The position numbers and the translations under genes are program-made. A stretch of DNA of 64,000 nucleotides from a virus. The notes below the pieces were generated by a model. It was not told the origin of the DNA. It worked only from the letters and a program-made list of their open reading frames with translations, and made no database searches. The stretch lies in the IMG/VR virus record IMGVR_UViG_3300008107_000012; one strand, given 5' to 3'. Position 1 is the stretch's first letter, and each line of letters starts with the position of its first letter. Positions 1-6,148 of this stretch are shown here, one piece after another.

Positions 1-1
1 A

Positions 2-148
2 TACGTTGACCGTATCCTTGATAACATGAGCACCAAAGATTTGATGCGAATTGTTGGAGACCAACTGGATGAAAACTTCAGTTCTTATAGTGATGAAGAA
101 CTGATTGCTGAAATTACTGAATACTACCCTGAATTGCTTGAGGAGTGA
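2..148 (+). CDS. 5'-truncated small acidic early protein (YVDRILDNMSTKDLMRIVGDQLDENFSSYSDEELIAEITEYYPELLEE)
   Basis: Open frame from the window edge to TGA at 146-148; resembles the ORF at 2230-2457. Confidence 0.7.
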   Translation, partial: YVDRILDNMSTKDLMRIVGDQLDENFSSYSDEELIAEITEYYPELLEE

Positions 149-154
149 GAACTG

Positions 155-227
155 ATGTGCCAGTAATTCTTCTGGCACATTACACTCCCCAAACCCCACC
201 TGTCCCTGCTATACTGAACACAGTTCA
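155..227 (+). promoter_or_regulatory. Early promoter cassette: inverted repeat ATGTGCCAG-N8-CTGGCACAT, C-rich spacer, extended -10 TGcTATACT
   Basis: 9-bp IR at 155-163/172-180; -10 at 210-215; same layout at 984-1056. Confidence 0.7.
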
Positions 228-237
228 ACAAACGACC

Positions 238-654
238 ATGCCTGTGACTTTCACCGACAACTACAAAGAAGTTTTCGCAACCGAAACTGTTGAGAAAATT
301 GAAGAACTGCTGGAAGATAACTATTGCCTGGAAGACATCCTTGAGTTTATTGACCAAAATACGGAAGAAGATTTCCGTGACTATTATGAAGAGTATGTGA
401 CTGCTGGTGAGGATTATGGTTACAGTGCAGTCGATGCTTTCATTGAAGAGTTTGGACTTGATTGTGTTTCTTCCTTTACCGAATCTTACCAAGGTGAGTA
501 TTCGAGTGAGGCACAGTTTGCAGAACAGTTCTGCGAAGACATGGGTTATGAAGTTCCTTCCTTTGTAATTGTTGATTGGCAAGAAACTTTTGATTACAAC
601 CTGCAGTATGACTATTCCTATGTGAATGGTTATGTCTTCAACAAAAACTTCTGA
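238..654 (+). CDS. ardA: ArdA-like antirestriction (DNA-mimic) protein
   Basis: Very acidic; C-terminal YQGEYSSEAQFAEQF...VDWQETF...DY...GYVF resembles ArdA domain 3; start moved to ATG 238, downstream of the promoter. Confidence 0.65.
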   Translation: MPVTFTDNYKEVFATETVEKIEELLEDNYCLEDILEFIDQNTEEDFRDYYEEYVTAGEDYGYSAVDAFIEEFGLDCVSSFTESYQGEYSSEAQFAEQFCEDMGYEVPSFVIVDWQETFDYNLQYDYSYVNGYVFNKNF

Positions 655-661
655 GTGAAGT

Positions 662-703
662 GAATCAGCACCTTATTTCTTTGAGGTGCTGATTCTTATT
701 TTT
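662..703 (+). terminator. Rho-independent terminator-like hairpin
   Basis: GAATCAGCACC...GGTGCTGATTC followed by TTATTTTT. Confidence 0.6.
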
Positions 704-722
704 CCACATTCCTCTTCTTTTA

Positions 723-971
723 ATGTTTAATCAACTTACATTTGTCCCGCATTGTATTCCAAATGCAGTGCAAGGAAAGTACAAGTTTTCCAATGGTTGG
801 GAGATTAGTGTAGTCTCTGGTGATGCTAAGTCTGGTCTATACGGTCGAATTGCTGAGTTTACTTATGAAGTTGCAATCTTTCGACCGAATGGAAACATGA
901 CTGAAGATGTAAGTGGTTGGAATACTAAAGAAGAAGTATCTGCGATGATGTGGGTACTGTCTCAACTCTAG
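723..971 (+). CDS. Hypothetical early phage protein
   Basis: ORF; FSNGWEISVV...YEVAI motif typical of small phage proteins. Confidence 0.7.
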   Translation: MFNQLTFVPHCIPNAVQGKYKFSNGWEISVVSGDAKSGLYGRIAEFTYEVAIFRPNGNMTEDVSGWNTKEEVSAMMWVLSQL

Positions 972-983
972 TCTCTTATACCG

Positions 984-1056
984 TGTGCCACTTGTTGAAG
1001 TGGCACAGTCAACCCCCCAGACCCCCCTCCCCCGTGGTAGACTGAACGGAGTTCAG
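984..1056 (+). promoter_or_regulatory. Early promoter cassette: TGTGCCACTT-N4-AAGTGGCACA, C-rich spacer, extended -10 TGgTAGACT
   Basis: 10-bp IR at 984-993/998-1007; -10 at 1038-1043, the same 31-nt gap from TGGCAC as copy 1. Confidence 0.7.
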
Positions 1057-1065
1057 GGATGAGAG

Positions 1066-1242
1066 ATGACCACTGCTCAACGGATGGAAAGGCAATTCTT
1101 CCTCAAAATGATTGCTCTTGTGAATGAAGTGCAAAGTGATAAAACCATTCTCAAGTCGCAATCTGGTTCTTATCGCAAATCTGCTTGGTGCAAGACGATT
1201 AAGAATCCCAAGCAAGATCAATCTGCACTTGCTTCTGTCTGA
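1066..1242 (+). CDS. Hypothetical 58-aa early protein (MTTAQRMERQFFLKM...)
   Basis: ATG just after the promoter with a GA-rich RBS; below the ORF-track cutoff. Confidence 0.6.
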   Translation: MTTAQRMERQFFLKMIALVNEVQSDKTILKSQSGSYRKSAWCKTIKNPKQDQSALASV

Positions 1243-1267
1243 GTTCTTTCTTTAACAACAAACCAAA

Positions 1268-1456
1268 ATGTGCTGCTTTCACACTGAACAAGAACCTGCA
1301 TTTGGACACTACACTTTTCGACACTACACTTTTCAGGTGTCGCAAGTATCCCGTGAAGATGCAATCGAACTGGCAAATGTTCTGAGGCAATCTGATTCTG
1401 AGTTCATCCGTAGGTTCGGACTTGAGATTGAATCTGAACTGATGGAACTGACATAG
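1268..1456 (+). CDS. Hypothetical early protein
   Basis: ORF in a tandem early cluster. Confidence 0.6.
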   Translation: MCCFHTEQEPAFGHYTFRHYTFQVSQVSREDAIELANVLRQSDSEFIRRFGLEIESELMELT

Positions 1457-1487
1457 ATTGTTTCTTTCTAACTCTTTTCTTCTACCA

Positions 1488-1673
1488 ATGATGAAACTCA
1501 CTAAAGCACAAAAAGAGATTCTTCTCACTCTTGAAAATGGTGATGAAGTTCTTAATTATGCACAACGTATGCGAGCACTTCAACCACTCATTGATGCTGG
1601 TATTGTTTACATTAAGGTGACGAATGATAAAAATGGTATCACAGAAGATGTAAGAGTTGCACTGGTTGATTAA
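1488..1673 (+). CDS. Hypothetical early protein (possible small winged-helix)
   Basis: MMKLTKAQKEIL...ALQPLIDAGIV pattern; start refined. Confidence 0.6.
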   Translation: MMKLTKAQKEILLTLENGDEVLNYAQRMRALQPLIDAGIVYIKVTNDKNGITEDVRVALVD

Positions 1674-1707
1674 ATCTTTCTTCCATCTGTCCCACATAAA
1701 CAATTTC

Positions 1708-1827
1708 ATGAACGATTCCACACTCGATCTCTTCACTGAACATGAAGATACACAAGATGCAACAATCGAAGAACTTGCTGCAGAACTTGAAATCACCGTT
1801 GATTATTACATCGCAGAGTTTATGTGA
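1708..1827 (+). CDS. Small acidic cyanophage-type protein (...EELAAELEITVDYYIAEFM)
   Basis: 39-aa ORF; the motif looks like small cyanophage early proteins. Confidence 0.6.
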   Translation: MNDSTLDLFTEHEDTQDATIEELAAELEITVDYYIAEFM

Positions 1828-1897
1828 TGATGTATGTGATGATGAGTATGATTCGATTCTAGAATCCTCTCCCACTGATTGGTTCTCTTTTTCTTCA

Positions 1898-2080
1898 ATG
1901 ACTCAAATGGACATCAACAACGCAATCTCTGCTGCACTTGCAAATCTCTCCAATCTGAATGAGCAAGTTTATGACTACTGGGTCACTGAACTTTATACTG
2001 ATGATGGTGAAATGATTGATGAGATGTGGAATGAGCAAACACTTTGTGAAATGGAAAAGGATGTGATGTATAACTTCTGA
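1898..2080 (+). CDS. Hypothetical acidic early protein
   Basis: 3' part of ORF 1742-2080; start refined to MTQMDINN. Confidence 0.55.
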   Translation: MTQMDINNAISAALANLSNLNEQVYDYWVTELYTDDGEMIDEMWNEQTLCEMEKDVMYNF

Positions 2081-2104
2081 AATCCAAATTAACTTCATTT
2101 CATT

Positions 2105-2233
2105 ATGATTAAGTACACTTTCGACATTCACACTCAACAACCAGTTTATGTTGTGTGTGATGTGAATCATCAAGCACTGATGATTACAACCAACATCTGC
2201 ACTGCAATCAACAAACTTCAACAATCCAAATGA
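2105..2233 (+). CDS. Hypothetical 42-aa protein
   Basis: ORF with ATGA overlap into the next gene. Confidence 0.5.
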   Translation: MIKYTFDIHTQQPVYVVCDVNHQALMITTNICTAINKLQQSK

Positions 2234-2457
2234 CTCTAACTCCTCAACAATTTGATGATCTTGTTTCTCTTTATGCTGAGAAACTTGTCGATGGAATGGA
2301 CATGAAAACTATGGAACAATTTGTCTATGACACTATTGTTCATAATGTGGAATGTATGTCAGAAGGTGATCTAATCAATGAGGTTGCTAATTATTTTGAT
2401 GATGAATTGCCCGAAATGATTAAATCTATTGGTGCTGATCCTGATACTATTCTCTGA
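2230..2457 (+). CDS. Small acidic early protein, paralog of 2-148
   Basis: ORF; shared Y-x3-[IL]-x-D-x-M-x2-K...S-x2-[DE]LI-x-E pattern. Confidence 0.7.
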   Translation: MTLTPQQFDDLVSLYAEKLVDGMDMKTMEQFVYDTIVHNVECMSEGDLINEVANYFDDELPEMIKSIGADPDTIL

Positions 2458-2462
2458 CGATT

Positions 2463-2669
2463 ATGATTTTTCAAGTTACTGAAATTGAGTTTGATTTCAC
2501 TGATGATCTTGATGAAGAAGCATTAGATCAAGAAACACAAGATGAGATTTATGATGAAGTTATCGGTCAAATCTGGGAAGCAGATGATGAAGATGATCTA
2601 GTTGAAGAGATTACTTGTGCTACAGGTTGGTGCATTAAATTCATTGATTATCGACACATTCTAGAATGA
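2463..2669 (+). CDS. Highly acidic cyanophage-type hypothetical protein
   Basis: IEFDF...WEADDEDDLVEEIT..TGWCI motif. Confidence 0.7.
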   Translation: MIFQVTEIEFDFTDDLDEEALDQETQDEIYDEVIGQIWEADDEDDLVEEITCATGWCIKFIDYRHILE

Positions 2670-2872
2670 CACTCTCAAATCAAACATTTCATAAACTCTC
2701 ATCTGCACTTAAAGATGAAGTTGTTGAGTTCATTATTTCAGATGAACGTTATGCAGAGTTCATGCTTCAAGAGATGATTCCTGAAGCAATTCAATCAAAA
2801 CTTGGTCCTGTAGATGATGAAGTATTGATGCAACTTTCCTTCTGTATTTTCGACCTGATTATCCTTCAATGA
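2666..2872 (+). CDS. Hypothetical early protein
   Basis: ATGA-coupled ORF. Confidence 0.7.
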   Translation: MTLSNQTFHKLSSALKDEVVEFIISDERYAEFMLQEMIPEAIQSKLGPVDDEVLMQLSFCIFDLIILQ

Positions 2873-3036
2873 CACAATACACTTATACTGTTATTGGTGG
2901 TACAAATGAGTATGAATGTGATGTTGCATCACTTCAACTGTTTGATCGAAAATCACAAGCACAACAGTATGCAGAAGATATAGAAAAGATGTGGGGTTAT
3001 GAGTATGTTTCTATTTCTGTAAAGGAGATTCAATGA
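2869..3036 (+). CDS. Hypothetical 55-aa protein (MTQYTYTVIGG...)
   Basis: ATGA-coupled on both sides; below the track cutoff. Confidence 0.6.
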   Translation: MTQYTYTVIGGTNEYECDVASLQLFDRKSQAQQYAEDIEKMWGYEYVSISVKEIQ

Positions 3037-3122
3037 AGAAGAAAAAGAAAGAAAAGATTGAACTACTGTCTAAAGCACAAGATGGTAATGAACTTCTTAT
3101 TATTCTCAAAGCACTGAAATGA
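3033..3122 (+). CDS. Hypothetical 29-aa basic peptide (MKKKKKEKIELLSKAQDGNELLIILKALK)
   Basis: AAGGAG RBS; ATGA overlaps at both ends. Confidence 0.5.
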   Translation: MKKKKKEKIELLSKAQDGNELLIILKALK

Positions 3123-3358
3123 ATCTTTATATCATCAATGATGTTCTTTATGATTACACTGCAGGAATGTGTGTAATTGCTGCTGAATCTCTACAACGTT
3201 GCGAACAAGTTTTTATGAAAGAATTTACATGTGATGATGACAGTAATTATACTAAACAGGAAAGGCAAAATGAGTTTGATGTTGCAGGAATTAAAGTGAT
3301 TGAGAATGTTCCTTACGAGAAGGAAGAAGTTGTATCCTATGTTTATGGTGGAGGTTGA
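3119..3358 (+). CDS. Hypothetical early protein
   Basis: VLYDYTAGMCVIAAES...YVYGGG. Confidence 0.7.
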   Translation: MNLYIINDVLYDYTAGMCVIAAESLQRCEQVFMKEFTCDDDSNYTKQERQNEFDVAGIKVIENVPYEKEEVVSYVYGGG

Positions 3359-3362
3359 TAAA

Positions 3363-3560
3363 ATGACTCTTCCATCTTACAATGCAATCTCTTTTCATTC
3401 TGAAGAAGAACATCAAGCAGCACTGTATGATGCTTGTCTGTTGATTGTGAATACTTACAACCAAACAGATATGCTGGATGGTTATGATGATCGTGCTTTA
3501 ACTTCATACGACTTTATGAAGTTTGCTCGTCGTATTATTAACAATTACGATTGCAACTGA
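3363..3560 (+). CDS. Hypothetical early protein
   Basis: GGAGG upstream; start refined to MTLPSYN. Confidence 0.65.
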   Translation: MTLPSYNAISFHSEEEHQAALYDACLLIVNTYNQTDMLDGYDDRALTSYDFMKFARRIINNYDCN

Positions 3561-3561
3561 A

Positions 3562-3720
3562 ATGACTACTACCTACCAACTGATTGAGATTCTTCAAGAA
3601 AAGTGTCTTGAAGATAATGATTTAATGTTTACAATCATTGATGAGTATGTTTCCTCTATGAATGAAGATGAATTAAAGACGTTGGAAGATTTTGTTGTGA
3701 ACAATTTTGGAGATGATTGA
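3562..3720 (+). CDS. Hypothetical acidic protein
   Basis: Start refined to MTTTYQLIE. Confidence 0.6.
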   Translation: MTTTYQLIEILQEKCLEDNDLMFTIIDEYVSSMNEDELKTLEDFVVNNFGDD

Positions 3721-3810
3721 ATGAAAGTATAACAATAACGTTATATTAAAAAACGTATTAAAAAACATATATTACTGTTTTATCTCTTTGTGTTGATTTG
3801 ATGACTAATG

Positions 3811-3900
3811 CCTTCTAGGTCTTGATTCTTATGTTCTATAAACCCTTCTAGACCTTGATTCTTATAATCAATTAAATGCGTCTGGGTCTTGTGATCTTAG
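3811..3900. repeat. Three ~22-bp direct repeats, period 33-35 bp (CCTTCTAG[GT/AC]CTTGATTCTTAT)
   Basis: Copies at 3811-3832, 3844-3865 and a degenerate one at 3879-3900. Confidence 0.7.
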
Positions 3901-3905
3901 CCCGC

Positions 3906-3934
3906 ACTCTATCACATCTCCGCACAAAAGTCAA
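3906..3934 (-). promoter_or_regulatory. Leftward sigma70-type promoter TTGACT-N17-TAGAGT (TG extension)
   Basis: Reverse complement of 3929-3934 and 3906-3911; no ORF downstream. Confidence 0.55.
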
Positions 3935-4108
3935 GTACCCCCAGGACACATAAAAAACCCCCACACCCCACATTATAACAATATCACACTTCTGTTATAT
4001 CTTATAACACACTCCCAGACATTCATATAACACTTCACCAGACACTTCTGTATGCCCCTGTAAGGCACTCATAAACTCTCTCAGGGGTCATAGTACTGAA
4101 TTGCCATC

Positions 4109-4681
4109 CTAAAGTATAAAGTTAGAAAAGTCCGGTAGTTTCTTATCATCCTTAAGATTACTTTTTTGATTTTTTACTTGTGCCCTTATATTCTCTTTTC
4201 TTTTCTCTAAGTTGATTTCGTTAATGCTTTTATTTTCAATTACTTTGTTTTGACATAGTTTTTCTTCTAATTCACAGTCCATAGAACTAATAAAATCAAT
4301 AAAACTTTCTCTAATCTTTTTATATTCACTTAAAGGAAGTTTTTCAAGTTTCTTTATCTGTGTGTTTTTCCATTCTAAATGAGTTAGAAGATTGCTTTGT
4401 TGTTTTAATAACTCAGCAAAAGTATTATCAATCCATTCATTTATAGAATTGATGGTATTATCTTTAGTTTTCTCTTTTTGATAGATTATATCTTCAGTAT
4501 CACTTTTTGATATTTTTAATATTTCTGTTTTATTTTTAATAATATCTCCAATTCCTTTTTTACGATTGAGATTGAAAGTGGAGATTGAATTGAATTCTTT
4601 TTTAATGTCCTCTATTTGGATATAATCTAATCCATCAACATTAAAGACTTCATTTAACTTTTTACAGTTAAAGTGTTCCAT
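4109..4681 (-). CDS. Orphan Lys/Ile/Glu-rich, probably coiled-coil protein; only credible minus-strand gene
   Basis: 190-aa ORF in very AT-rich DNA with a dedicated late promoter (TATAAATA on - strand, 4708-4715). Confidence 0.7.
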   Translation of the reverse strand: MEHFNCKKLNEVFNVDGLDYIQIEDIKKEFNSISTFNLNRKKGIGDIIKNKTEILKISKSDTEDIIYQKEKTKDNTINSINEWIDNTFAELLKQQSNLLTHLEWKNTQIKKLEKLPLSEYKKIRESFIDFISSMDCELEEKLCQNKVIENKSINEINLEKRKENIRAQVKNQKSNLKDDKKLPDFSNFIL

Positions 4682-4687
4682 ATCTGT

Positions 4688-4787
4688 TCTGTTTGGGTTG
4701 CAGAAGTTATTTATATTAAAGGGAGCAGAGAGAATCTAACTCTGCTCCCCGTCTGTAAAGTGCAACCCAAACAGACATTATATTTAT
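4688..4787 (-). promoter_or_regulatory. Dual late promoters with nested inverted repeats (candidate antisense sRNA and its target 5'UTR)
   Basis: 15-bp IR 4688-4702/4761-4775; 10-bp IR 4721-4730/4740-4749; late boxes at 4708-4715 and 4781-4787. Confidence 0.65.
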
Positions 4788-5013
4788 CAAATACCCAGTA
4801 TTGATAAATATCATAAAACCCTGATAATTGTATATAATTGAATATTAAGTATATAAATAACCGAGTATGAAATACAATAATTAGGATTGAACTTAAAGTA
4901 AATTTCTATTCCAAGAGAGCACAATAGGCAGTTCACCTGATGAGATAAGTCTTTCGCACAGGACAAATAGAAATCTCTGCTACTTTCAGTAATGATTATT
5001 GTTTATAGTATAA

Positions 5014-5330
5014 AAAGTTCATTCGTTATTAGATAATTGATGTATAATATTATCACATAATCATTATATTATAAATTGAATTAAAAGTTCATTCGTGATT
5101 AGATAGATTTCGTATGCTTTCTTATAATAGAAGAGCACTACGCATTATCATCACAAAGTTCATTCGTGATTAGATATGCTTCGTATGAGATTTTCACATA
5201 TAAGCATAGAACAAGATTGACTTTTGTGATTGATTCGTGTATAATAGAATTCGTTTATAAGAATAGACTTTGACCTTTTATAAAGAAGTGTTTATAAGGG
5301 GTTGATTCGTTGTGTCTATGAGTTCGTGTA
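5014..5330. repeat. Array of five ~71-bp-period units; core AAAGTTCATTCGT[T/G]ATTAGATA, degenerating to TTGATTCGT
   Basis: Near-identical 22-mers at 5014, 5084, 5155; TTCGT cores at 5022, 5092, 5163, 5234, 5306. Confidence 0.8.
5217..5245 (+). promoter_or_regulatory. sigma70-type promoter TTGACT-N17-TATAAT
   Basis: Near-consensus boxes, 17-bp spacer. Confidence 0.65.
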
Positions 5331-5341
5331 AGATATAACAC

Positions 5342-5370
5342 TTGACAGGGGATATAATTCCTGGTAGGAT
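5342..5370 (+). promoter_or_regulatory. sigma70-type promoter TTGACA-N17-TAGGAT (extended -10)
   Basis: Consensus -35 and 17-bp spacer upstream of ORF 5403. Confidence 0.65.
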
Positions 5371-5402
5371 AACGTTAAGCAGTTAGTTCTTCTCATCGAC
5401 TT

Positions 5403-5570
5403 ATGGCTAGTTCGTACCTCTTAGCACAAAAGAATAAGTATCGTATCACGTTAGAACTTGACGTTCTGGGTGATTTCGACCCTCATCAGATTGATTGGAA
5501 GAAACTCTTTGAACTTGAGCATAATGAATCAGTCAAGAGTTATGTAGAAGACCTCTCTGTGCCCTGGTAA
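5403..5570 (+). CDS. Cyanophage-type hypothetical 55-aa protein (MASSYLLAQKNKYRITLELDVLGDFDPHQIDWKKLFEL...)
   Basis: ORF with its own promoter; below the track cutoff. Confidence 0.7.
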   Translation: MASSYLLAQKNKYRITLELDVLGDFDPHQIDWKKLFELEHNESVKSYVEDLSVPW

Positions 5571-5983
5571 TAGTAATACTATCAGTACTTTCAGTTGATA
5601 TAATTATACTTTGCGTCGTTCTTTATACATTCTTCGTGTCAGTTGTTTAGATTTTATCGACAATGTGCTGGCAGTTGATATAAAGAATGGTGTAAAATAT
5701 AATTATATCGTGGAAATGTTCGTGTTGGCAGTATAAACAACTGCACTGATGTATTATAATACACTAGAAGATGGGGGCAGTTGATGTAAAATAGACGAAT
5801 AACTATACTTTATTCGTTGTCAGTTTGTTATTCGTTATAGCAGTTATTTGATGTTGTTTGTTATTGTTTATATTTTGCGTTGCCGTTGCCCCCCGTATAT
5901 AAAAACCCAAACTACCCTAACCTACAGAGGTGACAAATCGACCTCTAAATATCACTCTCATAAAATTTTTCCGGACCTATAAG

Positions 5984-6127
5984 ATGAAAAGAAAACCCCC
6001 CTATTGGAATTTCTGGAAGGTAGTCTTTGCGGGATGGTTAATACGATATCCTGGAAAAATGTTTAGAATTATCGGAGTCCCCCTCGGAATTCTCATAGTG
6101 GTAATATATAATGCATTGACGAAATAA
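5984..6127 (+). CDS. Small membrane protein (47 aa)
   Basis: Hydrophobic C-terminal helix; late box TAAATA at 5946-5951. Confidence 0.6.
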   Translation: MKRKPPYWNFWKVVFAGWLIRYPGKMFRIIGVPLGILIVVIYNALTK

Positions 6128-6148
6128 AAAAATTCCGGAAAAAATTTT

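Noticed and set aside
124-2224. Minus-strand ORFs in the early region and extended starts (145, 1458, 1742)
   Set aside because: Shadow frames; the extended starts run through promoters or overlap better-supported small ORFs
4937-4974. Hammerhead ribozyme (CTGATGAG ... GAAA)
   Set aside because: No stem II closing with C-GAAA (the sequence reads TAGAAA) and no compatible stems I/III were found
5014-5176. Canonical CRISPR array
   Set aside because: The repeat is only ~22 bp and non-palindromic, similarity extends into the spacers (second TTCGT), and no cas genes are in the window; kept as a non-CRISPR array finding
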